DNA of 64,000 nt. Origin: Desulfosudaceae bacterium (GTDB lineage Bacteria; Desulfobacterota; Desulfobacteria; Desulfobacterales; Desulfosudaceae). The translations under genes were made by a program, and so were the position numbers. Positions 39,835 to 49,840 of the stretch are shown here, in pieces. Location: assembly GCA_963674745.2 (NCBI GenBank), contig CAXXDV010000001.1, forward strand, positions 1,760,001 through 1,824,000. The letters run 5' to 3'. The first letter of the stretch is position 1, and every line of letters starts with the position of its first letter. Under the pieces are notes generated by a model. That model was not told the DNA's origin. It ran no database searches and saw only the letters and a program-made list of their open reading frames with translations.

Positions 39835-40626
39835 CTATGCACATGTTGCGATTTTTATTCTGCCTTTCAGGTAACTTACAGCTTTCCCGGATATAAAAAC
39901 CCTTTCATTGATATACTCACAGGTCAGCTCGCCACCGCGTGATGATAATTGTTTAACAGAAAATCTTTGCGTACCTGTTTTCGAGGCCCAATACGGTGCG
40001 AGTTGAGTATATGCGGACCCGGTTACCGGGTCTTCGAGAATGCCATACTTAGGCGCAAAAAATCTTGCCACAAAATCATAGCGCGTGGATTTTGCAGTAA
40101 TAATAACGCCACGCAAATCAAGCTTTTTAAGCTGCTCAAAATCCGGTTCGGCCGATTCAACATCCATCTCGTTTTCAAAAACCACAATATAATCTTCCGA
40201 CATCAGGCATTCTGCAGGGAAGGCCTTAAAGCCCTTAATGATTTCTTCCGGGATATTACAAGGGACAGGGGGTTGTGCCGGAAAATCCATAATCAGGTTA
40301 TCGTTGTCTTTTGAAACGACCAATAAGCCGGATTTCGAATCGAACTCGATCTTGTTTTGTTCACAGCCAAGAATATTAAACAAAACGTAACCGGCTGCCA
40401 GAGTGGCGTGACCACATAAATTCACTTCCCGGACAGGTGTAAACCATCGAATATGAAAGCCGTTGCCCTTTGGCACAAAAAAAGCGGTTTCTGATAAATT
40501 GTTTTCTGCCGCAATATGTTGCATTACTTCATCAGGAAGCCAGGCATCCAAAGGACAAACCGCTGCCGGGTTACCTTCAAATAATTTAGATGCAAAGGCA
40601 TCAATCTGGTATATGTTTATCTCCAT
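39835..40626 (-). CDS. PhzF-family isomerase
   Basis: IDAF, GNPAAV, NLSETAF, IRWFTP, EVNLCGHATLA, EDPVTGSA. Confidence 0.93.
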   Translation of the reverse strand: MEINIYQIDAFASKLFEGNPAAVCPLDAWLPDEVMQHIAAENNLSETAFFVPKGNGFHIRWFTPVREVNLCGHATLAAGYVLFNILGCEQNKIEFDSKSGLLVVSKDNDNLIMDFPAQPPVPCNIPEEIIKGFKAFPAECLMSEDYIVVFENEMDVESAEPDFEQLKKLDLRGVIITAKSTRYDFVARFFAPKYGILEDPVTGSAYTQLAPYWASKTGTQRFSVKQLSSRGGELTCEYINERVFISGKAVSYLKGRIKIATCA

Positions 40627-40640
40627 TTGCCGGTTCCCAT

Positions 40641-41996
40641 TTAAAGCAGGTCGGAGGCAATCTCGGCTAAAAGGGACCGTTCACCTTTTTCCATGGTTAT
40701 ATGGGCATAGATTTCCTGCCCCTTCATTTTGTCTATCAGGTAGGTCAGGCCGTTACTGCGCGAATCCAGGTAGGGCGTGTCGATCTGGTAAGGATCACCG
40801 GTGAAGACAACCTTGGTGCCTTGACCGGCGCGGGTGATAATGGTTTTGACTTCATGGGGCGTCAGGTTCTGGGCTTCGTCGACAATAAAGTATACCCAGG
40901 GCAGGCTGCGACCCCTGATGTAGGCCAGGGCTGTTATGAGCAGCTTGCGTTTGCTGATCATGTCGTTGATTCGCTGATATTCCGAGGAAGTTTCGGAAAA
41001 CTGATTTTGAATGACGGACAGATTGTCGAACAACGGCTGCATATAGGGGTCCAGTTTGTCTTCAATATCACCCGGCAGGTAGCCGATGTCGCGATTCGAC
41101 AGCGGGATGACCGGGCGAGCCAGAAATATCTGCTTGTAATCCTTTCGCACCTGGAGCGCCCCTGCCAACGCCATCAACGTTTTGCCGGTGCCGGCCTTTC
41201 CGGAAAGGGTGACCAGTAAAATGCGGGGATCCATCAGTGCCTGCAGGGCGAAAATCTGTTCGGCATTGCGGGGTGTAATCCCATAGGCCCGTTTTTTTTC
41301 CACCAGATTCAGGGTCGCCTCTTCTTTGATGCAGGTGGTCAGTATGCTCTGGCTGTCATTCCGGAGAATAAAATTTTCATTGGGGAACGGGTCGAGTTCC
41401 AGGCCGGTTTCGCTGATCGGTACAAAACCGTTTTTAAATATCCGGTCGATGGCATCATGATTAACACCTTCGATCAGGTTTTTGCCGCTGTATAGATCGT
41501 CAATGTTTTTTATTTTACCGGTTTCATAATCCTCGGCCTGGATGGCAATGCTTTTGGCCTTCATGCGAAGGTTGATATCTTTTGATACCAGGACAACCCG
41601 CTCATAGCCGTGATCGTATGCCAGTTTATAGGTAATGGATAAAATGCGATGGTCCGGTTTGTCCTCCCAAAAGTACTCTTTGAAATGCTCGTCCTTTTTC
41701 TGGCTTGTTTTGACGACGACACATCCGCCGGATTCCAATTCGACACCTTCATTCAGCAGGCGTTCACCGATGAGTGTATCCAGCTCCCGTGTAAATTCCC
41801 GGGCATTGAAGTTAATGGTTTCGTGTCCCCGTTTGAAATGATCGATTTCCTCCAGCAGGGTTATGGGCAGAACCACATTCTGGTCTTTAAAAGAGTAAAT
41901 CGCGAGGAAGTCATAAAGAACCACGCTGGTATCAAGGACAAAAATTTTTTTCTGGTTAGAGCTGAGTAATGATTGATTTGGCAATCCTTTAGTCAT
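40641..41996 (-). CDS. PhoH-family ATPase with N-terminal PIN domain
   Basis: VLDTSV PIN start, SKDINLRMKA, GKAGTGKT, GYLPG, IRGRS, DEAQN, GDPYQID. Confidence 0.93.
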   Translation of the reverse strand: MTKGLPNQSLLSSNQKKIFVLDTSVVLYDFLAIYSFKDQNVVLPITLLEEIDHFKRGHETINFNAREFTRELDTLIGERLLNEGVELESGGCVVVKTSQKKDEHFKEYFWEDKPDHRILSITYKLAYDHGYERVVLVSKDINLRMKAKSIAIQAEDYETGKIKNIDDLYSGKNLIEGVNHDAIDRIFKNGFVPISETGLELDPFPNENFILRNDSQSILTTCIKEEATLNLVEKKRAYGITPRNAEQIFALQALMDPRILLVTLSGKAGTGKTLMALAGALQVRKDYKQIFLARPVIPLSNRDIGYLPGDIEDKLDPYMQPLFDNLSVIQNQFSETSSEYQRINDMISKRKLLITALAYIRGRSLPWVYFIVDEAQNLTPHEVKTIITRAGQGTKVVFTGDPYQIDTPYLDSRSNGLTYLIDKMKGQEIYAHITMEKGERSLLAEIASDLL

Positions 41997-42340
41997 CTCC
42001 TGTGTTTTTGAGGATTTGGAGAAAACGGGGGCACCTGAAATTTATATGGCGTCAAGGCTTGATCGGTTCCTGGTTTCCCCCTTTTGATACCTCTTTTATA
42101 CAACAATTGAGCCGATTTTTCCAGTATTTCTTTGTTAGTAAATCGTTCAAACGGGTAATTGAACCGGGAACCGGCCGTTACTGAAAATTTTCCTTGCATT
42201 TTCAAAGTGCTTATCATAAAAATAATTCAGCTTCGTTTGGATTGACGGGCCGGTTTCGTTCTGAAGGTAGCATCCATTTGTTTAAAGTGGGACCCTTAAG
42301 TTCTGGAACCAAAAACATTAACGAAAGGAGGGTGTCACTT

Positions 42341-42541
42341 ATGAACAAGGGTGTTGTAAAATGGTTTAACGATAGTAAAGGCTTTGGGTTTATCGAGCAG
42401 GAAGACGGACCGGATGTGTTCGTTCATCACACCTCAATTAACTCAAGCGGCTTCCGTTCTCTTAACGAAGGCGACCATGTTACGTTTGAAATTGAGCAGG
42501 GTGAAAAAGGTCCTGCGGCTGTTAACGTAACGGTTGTGTAA
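42341..42541 (+). CDS. Cold-shock protein
   Basis: [18 protein letters not shown]...DVFVH; 66 aa; AAAGGAGG RBS. Confidence 0.96.
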   Translation: MNKGVVKWFNDSKGFGFIEQEDGPDVFVHHTSINSSGFRSLNEGDHVTFEIEQGEKGPAAVNVTVV

Positions 42542-42567
42542 GCCGAAAAACCGAACTACCCGAAAAC

Positions 42568-42600
42568 AAAAAGGCGCCTTAATTTAAGGCGCCTTTTTTA
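42568..42600. terminator. Bidirectional intrinsic terminator after the cold-shock gene
   Basis: AAAAAGGCGCCTTA-ATT-TAAGGCGCCTTTTT. Confidence 0.85.
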
Positions 42601-42653
42601 TGTCTTTAAAACGGCATTCTCCTTAAATGTTGCGTCCTGCGCCTTTCCGGCCG

Positions 42654-43058
42654 TCAGGGCCGGGACAGAAATTTAAGTGTCAGGCCGAGCACCATCACCA
42701 TCAGGCCGATATAGAACCACTTGATGTCTTCCAGGCCGGCAAACATCAGCCCGAGGCCGATAAGGCCGACAATCCAGGCATTGACCGCCAGAACACCCGA
42801 TATGCCCTCCGTGCCGGATGCCGGGGCTGCCGGTTGTTGAGAAGATGACGGGGGCCCGATGATCCTGGCGGCCCGTTCCAGTTCCGAGGCCAGTACTTTC
42901 AATATTACGCCCTGGGTCAGTCTTAACTGGGGATACATGCCGCCGCAATCATCCTTGACGATAAGCGCCTCGATGCCTTCTGACAGCAGCCGTCCCCTGA
43001 CGATTTCGGCTTCGATCTCGGTCGTAAAGGATTGAAACGTTACAAATCGGTCTTCCAT
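42654..43058 (-). CDS. DUF2007-like domain membrane protein
   Basis: EAEIVRGRLLSEGIEALI...GVILKV...ERAARII followed by two TM helices. Confidence 0.75.
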   Translation of the reverse strand: MEDRFVTFQSFTTEIEAEIVRGRLLSEGIEALIVKDDCGGMYPQLRLTQGVILKVLASELERAARIIGPPSSSQQPAAPASGTEGISGVLAVNAWIVGLIGLGLMFAGLEDIKWFYIGLMVMVLGLTLKFLSRP

Positions 43059-43190
43059 GAATCACCTTTGTGAAAAGTAGACTTTAACAAGGCATAATAA
43101 AAAATTTTAGCACAGATGCTCAGGGGTGTCGACAGGTTCGGTGCAAAACCGTCTTTCCAAAAAAGGTTCAGGCTTTCTGACCGGATATGG

Positions 43191-43227
43191 AAAAAGTAAA
43201 GCCCGCTTTAGTAAAAGCGGGCTTTAC
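43191..43227 (-). terminator. Strong intrinsic terminator closing the candidate ncRNA
   Basis: Minus strand GTAAAGCCCGCTTT-TACT-AAAGCGGGCTTTAC-TTTTT. Confidence 0.8.
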
Positions 43228-43535
43228 GCGTCGGGTCTTCCATGACCCTTATACATTCCCATCGTGGAAACGCCGCACATGAGAATAGCGGTTAAATAAA
43301 GATGGCCGTGTAACCCCTTTGCGGGTGATGTCCGGCGGAACCGCTTAAGAAGGACAGCCCTTTCGGGGTAATATTGAACCGTTACCAATTCAGGGCGGAT
43401 CAGGGAAAATCCGCCCCGGTTTACATAAGGGGTGGAAGGAGCGATTGCCTGCCGCCATCACCTTGATCGGGATTACACGCCATCGATAATAAAAACAGCG
43501 ATAGAAATTTTTCTTGACTGACGTATTTTTATTTT
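43191..43535 (-). ncRNA. Candidate structured non-coding RNA of unknown family
   Basis: Nested helices across 43301-43484, G-U pairs favouring the minus strand, GAAA tetraloop, TTGACA at 43580-43575, terminator, no long ORF. Confidence 0.6.
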
Positions 43536-43716
43536 ACCGCCATTTTTAATGAGATAATCACTGATAAAACATAATGTCAAGCGAAATGATGTCTAAAAAA
43601 GATTAATATTTATACCTGTTTCGAAAGGGCGCAAGGGGGGTATTCGGCGGTGAATGCTGACAGATCCGTGCTTTTGTGTACTTTTGTGTCGGATGAGGGC
43701 GTCTGTGCAGACTGTC

Positions 43717-44475
43717 TTACTTCTTTTTCAGGCCGGCCAGTAGATCCTTGACCCGCTGGCGGTTATCCGGTGCGCCGATATATGAGCGGAACAGCCATTC
43801 CTGGGTCTTCATGGCGCCATCTAAGTCTTTGTCCACCAGCAGATGGGTCAGTTGCTTGGTCTCGGCCAGGCATTGAGGATCATATCCGGCCATGGTTCTG
43901 GCAATCGGCAGGACAGATTGCAGCAGTTCGCCTTTGGGAAACACCCGGCTGACATATCCCATCCGTTCGGCTTCTGCGGCATCGTAAATGCGGCCGGTGA
44001 AAGCAACTTCTTTGGCGCGTCCCAGGCCGATGATCCGCCACAGGGGATCCATGATGGGGGGCAGGGACAGTGGCATTTCACGTTGCCCGAATTTGGCGTT
44101 TTCGGATGCGTACCGGATATCACACATCATGGTCAGATCGAATCCGCCGGCAATGGCCGGGCCGCCGACAGCCGCAATCACGGGCCTTCGGCAAAACAGA
44201 ATGGATCGATAAGCGCCATGAAAAAGAGCAATAAAGTCTTCGTTGGCGTTTTTTTCCATCTGTCCAACGACATCAAGATCAAACCCGGCGGAAAACATTT
44301 TTTCTCCACCGGTCAGTATCACCACATTCACGTCGGGTGTGTTGTTCAATTTTGTAAACAGCGCTTCTATTTCTGCCAGCACGTCAGGGGACAGAGCGTT
44401 TCCCTTTTCCGGGCGACTGATGGTGACCACCGCCACTTTTTCGTTCGTCTGTATTTTCAGGTACGTAAATTCCAT
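43717..44475 (-). CDS. Enoyl-CoA hydratase/isomerase family protein
   Basis: ISRPEKGNAL, FSAGFDL, PVIAAVGGPAIAGG, CDIR; start placed at ATG 44475 (GAGGA RBS). Confidence 0.9.
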   Translation of the reverse strand: MEFTYLKIQTNEKVAVVTISRPEKGNALSPDVLAEIEALFTKLNNTPDVNVVILTGGEKMFSAGFDLDVVGQMEKNANEDFIALFHGAYRSILFCRRPVIAAVGGPAIAGGFDLTMMCDIRYASENAKFGQREMPLSLPPIMDPLWRIIGLGRAKEVAFTGRIYDAAEAERMGYVSRVFPKGELLQSVLPIARTMAGYDPQCLAETKQLTHLLVDKDLDGAMKTQEWLFRSYIGAPDNRQRVKDLLAGLKKK

Positions 44476-44525
44476 CGTCCTCACCTGTTTTTTAAAGTCG
44501 TTTACAAAAGAGCTGCTGCCGCCTG

Positions 44526-44960
44526 TCAGGAATGCAACTTTGTGCTTCGCACCAGGGTCGGCGCTAACAGCAGCATTGCCACCGAGGTGGGCGGACCATT
44601 GATGAAAAAAACCGTCAGGGAAAATGCGTATGCCACCGAAGAGGTCCTGTTTATCGACAGAGACGCTTTTGCCATCGGGTTGATGATGTAAAAAAGCAGA
44701 TCCGCGATTGTCAGCAGGATCAGTCCCCAGGCTGCCCATTTTTTCATATCCCAGGCGCCGATGCCGCAGATCACAAGGGGCAACATGAATAGCAGGTACT
44801 TGTACCCCATCAGTGCCAGTTGATGCTCGGGCAGGCTGGTCGGTTCCGATCCCAGCCAGACAAAGGCCTTTAATACAGCCAGCCAGCCAATGGCCCAGAC
44901 CGGCCATGGATAATCCGTGTGCAGGCGCTGAGACATTATCCGTTGTGATTTATTTTTCAT
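44526..44960 (-). CDS. Hypothetical membrane protein (about 4 TM)
   Basis: 144 aa hydrophobic ORF from ATG 44960 behind AGGAG. Confidence 0.65.
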   Translation of the reverse strand: MKNKSQRIMSQRLHTDYPWPVWAIGWLAVLKAFVWLGSEPTSLPEHQLALMGYKYLLFMLPLVICGIGAWDMKKWAAWGLILLTIADLLFYIINPMAKASLSINRTSSVAYAFSLTVFFINGPPTSVAMLLLAPTLVRSTKLHS

Positions 44961-45074
44961 AGAATCGTTTGCTCCTGTAGCCGTATGAACGATTTTAACA
45001 AAATTCAGAGGTAAGCCGTTTATATCAAAAACCAAAAGCATTGGCAATGCGACCGAAATTTTTTCAGCTGACCC

Positions 45075-45101
45075 GTAGGGGCACGGCGTGCCGTGCCCTA
45101 C
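45075..45101. repeat. GTAG-type REP palindrome
   Basis: GTAGGGGCACGGCGTGCCGTGCCCTAC just downstream of the ABC operon. Confidence 0.75.
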
Positions 45102-45108
45102 ATATTCG

Positions 45109-46038
45109 TTATCCGGACCATGGTTGTCCCAGTGCCGCCGGCATACCCTCGATGTTGTGGTCACGCCCGGCGGACAAATTTAAAATCAGCAAGGTCAGAA
45201 TCATCAGCGGAAAGGGCGCCGCCTGAAAAACCTGACCGGGTATCGACGGTAAAAGCTGTTGCAGATATATGCCGCCAACCTGGAGAAATGCGAAAAAGTA
45301 AGCCCCCAGCGTCGCGCGAACAATGCCCCAGCGGCCGAATATGACCAGTGCCAGGACAATCCAGCCCACGCCTTCGGCACCCTGCGGATGTCCCCAGCCG
45401 GCTTTAATGCTTAATGAATAAGCCCCCCCGGCCAGGCCTGTCAAAAGACCGCCGCATATAGCGCATATCAGTCGGGTTGCAGCCGGATTAACGCCCCTTG
45501 CAAATGCGGCTTCCGGACGTTCACCCGATGCCCGAATATTCAATCCGAGCGGGGTTTTATTGATGAGCCACCAGGCAACCGGGATCAGCAAAAAAATTAA
45601 ATAGACAAGCATGTTATGGTCGAACAGAATATGGCCGATCAGGGGAATCTCGGACAACCAGGGAATCGGTTGATGGGGTACCCGGGGGCCGCCCAGCCCG
45701 GAAAAGGATGAACCGAGAAAATAGGCGATATCTCTCGTCATCAAAGCCAGTACAAACCCGGCCGCTATTTGAGATACCCGCAGGTAAAGCGAAAAGACCG
45801 CCACTATACCGGAAATTATGGCACCAATGATCGCGCCGATGATAAAGCCGGCCAACAGGGATTCGGTATTTACGGCGACGGCAAAAGCACCCATGGCGCT
45901 GAGCAGGATGGCCCCGTCCAGGGACAGGTTAATTACCCCTGATTTTTCTGACAGTGTTTCACCGATAACGGCCAGAACAACGGGTGTGGCGGTAAAAACA
46001 ACGGTGGAAAGCAGTATGGAAATGGTCAGGTCGTCCAT
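45109..46038 (-). CDS. ABC transporter permease (nucleoside/sugar CUT2-like)
   Basis: GETLSEKSGVINLSLDG, GLNIRASGERPEAA, MPAALGQP. Confidence 0.9.
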   Translation of the reverse strand: MDDLTISILLSTVVFTATPVVLAVIGETLSEKSGVINLSLDGAILLSAMGAFAVAVNTESLLAGFIIGAIIGAIISGIVAVFSLYLRVSQIAAGFVLALMTRDIAYFLGSSFSGLGGPRVPHQPIPWLSEIPLIGHILFDHNMLVYLIFLLIPVAWWLINKTPLGLNIRASGERPEAAFARGVNPAATRLICAICGGLLTGLAGGAYSLSIKAGWGHPQGAEGVGWIVLALVIFGRWGIVRATLGAYFFAFLQVGGIYLQQLLPSIPGQVFQAAPFPLMILTLLILNLSAGRDHNIEGMPAALGQPWSG

Positions 46039-47078
46039 CAGGCGCTCCCGTCCGGGCGGCTTTGTCCCCGGCTGTAAATCGCCAGAGCAGAAAGCACCAG
46101 TGCGCCCTGAAGCACACCGCTCAAAGATGAGTCCAGATGCAGCATAAGTGGAAGCTGAATGCTGCCGACATTCAGTGCCGCAAAGAAAAAAGCGATCAGC
46201 GCCGCCGCACCGATATGTCTGTTGGCCAGCATCACTACCAGCAGCGCAAGATATCCGTAATTTCCGGAAATAGACGGGATAAGGCAGTGATAGACACCGG
46301 TCACCTGGACGGCACCTGCCAGTCCGGCACAGCCGCCCGAAACAGCCATGGCCAGAAGTATCTGGCGGGCCGGTCTCAAGCCCATCAGGAAGGCGGCCCG
46401 GGGGTTACTGCTGACAGTTTTCAGGTACAGCCCCATGTTGGTCCGGGCTAAAAGTAAGGCGGTTACGGTAAAAAGGGCGACCGTAAGACCAATGCCCACC
46501 GGTGATATCCGGCCGTTTATTAGGGTCGGCAGCCAGAGATCGGCGGGAAACAAGGCCGTCCCGCTCATGGAAGCAATACCGGGGCGTTTCCAGGGACCGA
46601 AGATCAACCACAGAACAGTTCCCTGGGCGACGAAATTAAGCCCCAGGCCGCCGAAGATTTCATTGACACCGCCTTTTGTTTTCAAAATCCCGGCCAGCAG
46701 CGCCCACAACCCCCCACCGAAAGCCGCGGCCAAAAAAGCCAGCGTGAGGAGTGTGGCCGGCATTTCCATAACCGACCCCCAACGAATGATCGCCGTGCAG
46801 CAAAGGGCCCCCCAGATCATCTGCCCTTCTACACCGATATTGAGCAGGCCGCACCGAAACGAATAAATCAATCCGCAGGCGCAAATTGCCAGCGGTATCC
46901 AGGCCTGGACAACATAAGCGATCTTGCTGGCCGATCCCAGGGCGCCTTTGAGCATGTATCCGAATGCCACCAGGGGTGATACCCCGGCAATCAAGAGCAG
47001 TATCGCTCCGACCAGAAAAGCCGTACCGCCGATCAGCCCCATTCGGCCGATTGTTTTACGCGTTGATTTTAAGTTCAT
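46038..47078 (-). CDS. ABC transporter permease (nucleoside/sugar CUT2-like)
   Basis: LLNIGVEGQ, GVNEIFGGL, AGLAGA; multi-TM. The start could be 47117. Confidence 0.88.
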   Translation of the reverse strand: MNLKSTRKTIGRMGLIGGTAFLVGAILLLIAGVSPLVAFGYMLKGALGSASKIAYVVQAWIPLAICACGLIYSFRCGLLNIGVEGQMIWGALCCTAIIRWGSVMEMPATLLTLAFLAAAFGGGLWALLAGILKTKGGVNEIFGGLGLNFVAQGTVLWLIFGPWKRPGIASMSGTALFPADLWLPTLINGRISPVGIGLTVALFTVTALLLARTNMGLYLKTVSSNPRAAFLMGLRPARQILLAMAVSGGCAGLAGAVQVTGVYHCLIPSISGNYGYLALLVVMLANRHIGAAALIAFFFAALNVGSIQLPLMLHLDSSLSGVLQGALVLSALAIYSRGQSRPDGSA

Positions 47079-47097
47079 GGTATGATGAAAAAAATGT

Positions 47098-48579
47098 TCA
47101 TAATCCCCCGCCGGCATGCTGCTTGCCCGTGATGGCTTTTTCCAGGGCCGCTATGGTGGCTTTGCTGACGGATAAATCCGTAACCAGACGGCCGTTATAG
47201 AACACGGCCACCCGGTCGGACATGGACAGCAGTTCATCCAGGTCGGAAGACGAAAACACCACCGCGCCGCCTTTATCACAGAAGGCCTGCAAGCGTGACC
47301 AGAGAAGTGCGGCGGATTCCGGGTCAAGCCCCCTGGTCGGTTTGTCCAGAAAGAGAAGATCGGCTGTTTCCGGTATCAGCGCCAGAAGAAGGCGTTGTTG
47401 ATTGCCTCCTGAAAGGGACCGAACCGGCGTGTCCGGCCGGCATTTTATTTGAAAGCGCGAAATAGCCGCATCTGCCCGTGCCCGTGCCTTATGCGATCGC
47501 ATTTCCCATACGGCCGCGTTTTCTGCTACCAGGAAATGGTCGGCCACCGTCAGGTCCGGCGCCAGGCCTTCGTTGAGGCGGTCAGCGGGAATGTAGCCGA
47601 TGCCTTTTTGTTTTAAAGCGTGATATCCGGCACCGGTGATATCTTCTCCACGCAGTGTCAGTTTTCCTGACACAAGCGGGGTCAGGCCGACGGCGGTTCT
47701 AAGGAAAAGTTCCTGCCCGCTGCCTTCCATCCCGGCCAGACCGACGGTTTCGCCCCGGCGGACAGAAAAATTGCAGCCATGAAGGCCGGCCCTTCCCCCC
47801 GCGGCCGTGATGCCGGTCGATGTGAAAACAACCTCACCGGTTTCTGTCGATAGACGCTCATGATGGGTAAAACGCGGGCCGAACATTAACGTCAGGATCT
47901 GATCGACATCAAAAGGCGGGGTCAGCGAACCGCTGATATGTCCTTTGCGCAATATCGTCATATGGTCGCACAACTGTTGAATGTCGGAAATTTTGTGGGA
48001 TACCAGGACAACGCTGTTGCCCTCTCGGGCGGCAAACCGGCGAAGAGACTTAAAAAGGACGGATTTCTGCTTTTCGGAAAGACCGGTGGTGGGTTCGTCC
48101 AATATCAGCAGGCGTGTCCCGGCCGACAACAGGCGGATAATATCCAGCTGCTGTCTTGCCCCGGGGGGCATGGCGGCGGCAGGCTCCTCCGGGTGTATGA
48201 AGAACCCCATGTCATCGGCCAGTTGCCGGAACTTTTGCGTAAAAGCCGCCCTGCTAGACCGCAATCCGCGGGCCTGTCCCAGCATGAAGTTCTCAAGCGC
48301 GGAAAAAATCGGGACATCCATGGTGTCCTGCTGCAGCATGCCGATCCCCCGGGCAGACGCCTCACGGGGGGATGAAAAGGCGATGGCTTCATCATTGATA
48401 AAAATGTCGCCCCCGTCTTTTTTAAGATACCCGGACAGGATGCGCATCAGGGTTGTCTTGCCGGCCCCGTTCTCACCCACCAGACCGTGGATGCTGTTGG
48501 GCTCAATGGCCAGAGAAATGCCGCTGTTGGCCTGGATATGCCCGAAATATTTACTGATGTCTCGAAGTTCAACTCTCAT
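47098..48579 (-). CDS. ABC transporter ATP-binding protein (two-domain)
   Basis: GENGAGKTT, LILDEPT, LSGGNQQ, SSDLDE. Confidence 0.92.
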   Translation of the reverse strand: MRVELRDISKYFGHIQANSGISLAIEPNSIHGLVGENGAGKTTLMRILSGYLKKDGGDIFINDEAIAFSSPREASARGIGMLQQDTMDVPIFSALENFMLGQARGLRSSRAAFTQKFRQLADDMGFFIHPEEPAAAMPPGARQQLDIIRLLSAGTRLLILDEPTTGLSEKQKSVLFKSLRRFAAREGNSVVLVSHKISDIQQLCDHMTILRKGHISGSLTPPFDVDQILTLMFGPRFTHHERLSTETGEVVFTSTGITAAGGRAGLHGCNFSVRRGETVGLAGMEGSGQELFLRTAVGLTPLVSGKLTLRGEDITGAGYHALKQKGIGYIPADRLNEGLAPDLTVADHFLVAENAAVWEMRSHKARARADAAISRFQIKCRPDTPVRSLSGGNQQRLLLALIPETADLLFLDKPTRGLDPESAALLWSRLQAFCDKGGAVVFSSSDLDELLSMSDRVAVFYNGRLVTDLSVSKATIAALEKAITGKQHAGGGL

Positions 48580-48639
48580 CAAATTTTCGGCGGTTGTTGT
48601 CGGACTGGCAATCCGTCCAGGCCGGAAGATTATGGATGA

Positions 48640-49830
48640 TTATTCTCCTCCGGCACCCGACATGCCTTTGAGCAGTTTTTTGACGTACCACATCTGGCGG
48701 TCAGTAGCGACTTGCCCGTCCTTGAGGAAGACGGATCCATCCTGGTAAGACAGCGGCCCTTTGAACAGCACGATCTGATGATTCGCCAGCCCGGTGATAA
48801 ACTTATCAAGGGCGGTTTTGACGTCAGGCGACATGGCCGGTCCGGGCCTGAAACCAATGGCGCCGCTGTCCGGATTGTTCATATCTTTCCAGTCCGGCAG
48901 AGACCAGATAAAACGGCTCTCCCACTGTCCGGCCATGGACTGTTTGACGAGTTTCAGGTAGTCCGGTCCCCAGTTGAAATAAGGCACGCCCAGACAGACA
49001 TCAGGACCGGTCTGGCAGGCGTTGACATATTCATACGGCATGGCCCATACGGTTTTACCCTGGTCCTTTTTCTGTCTGGCCACGGTTACCGCCTCTGTGG
49101 TATCCAGCCCTGAAACAATAACATCAGATCCGGTATCATAAAAATTTCCGGCCACCGCCGTCGGGTCGGCCGTGACGCCGGGGATATGAAACCAGAAACC
49201 GATCCAGGAGACACGAAAATGAAGTTGATCAAGCGGCTTTTTTAATACCGTGCGCCAGGCGTATCTTGCTCCCAGGTAACAGGCCACCGCCAGGCGTCTG
49301 GTCTCCTCGTTTTCCAGCGGCCCCAGGTAACCGATTTTGCCCGTTTGTGTCGTCAAGGCGGCTGAAAATCCGGCCATCATCTTGCCATATATCATTTTCC
49401 CCATCAGATTGGTCAGGTTGGGCGGGGCTTTCCCGGTCCAGACGTCATCACCGGAAACATGGATGAAATGAACCTTCGGATGGGCCAGGGCCGCCTGCCT
49501 GACACCGTCTTTCATGTCATCGGAAGTCGCCATAACCAGCCCGGCGCCCTTTTCCACCAGGTCATCCACCAGCTGGGGCACGGTCATCCCGGGTCGATCA
49601 GCCGGATTGACCTTGTCGATATAAATCATTCTGGTGCCGGGCATTTTTTCTTCCACGTATTTACCGGCTTCGTAATGGGACTGACTCCAACCATGATCAT
49701 TGTAGGGGCCGACCAAAAGCATGCCGAAAACAAACGGATTGTCCGCGGCAGAAGCCATGGCCGGAAAGAAAAAAGCGGCCAGGAACAATAAGGCGGAAAG
49801 AAGGGTTGCCCATGCGCGAGGTTTCACCAT
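48640..49830 (-). CDS. BMP-family ABC substrate-binding protein
   Basis: Signal peptide, VGPYNDHGWSQSHYEA, GKIGYLG, FNWGP; ATG 49830 behind AAGGAGG. Confidence 0.9.
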   Translation of the reverse strand: MVKPRAWATLLSALLFLAAFFFPAMASAADNPFVFGMLLVGPYNDHGWSQSHYEAGKYVEEKMPGTRMIYIDKVNPADRPGMTVPQLVDDLVEKGAGLVMATSDDMKDGVRQAALAHPKVHFIHVSGDDVWTGKAPPNLTNLMGKMIYGKMMAGFSAALTTQTGKIGYLGPLENEETRRLAVACYLGARYAWRTVLKKPLDQLHFRVSWIGFWFHIPGVTADPTAVAGNFYDTGSDVIVSGLDTTEAVTVARQKKDQGKTVWAMPYEYVNACQTGPDVCLGVPYFNWGPDYLKLVKQSMAGQWESRFIWSLPDWKDMNNPDSGAIGFRPGPAMSPDVKTALDKFITGLANHQIVLFKGPLSYQDGSVFLKDGQVATDRQMWYVKKLLKGMSGAGGE

Positions 49831-49840
49831 CGACCTCCTT

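Noticed and set aside
43301..43484. Assignment to SRP RNA, RNase P, tmRNA or T-box, or a 20-aa peptide (MACNPDQG...)
   Set aside because: The signature sequences are absent; the short ORF has no RBS and starts inside the main stem.
44476..44907. 144-aa N-terminal extension of the enoyl-CoA hydratase
   Set aside because: It overlaps the upstream membrane gene in another frame; the start with an RBS is at 44475.
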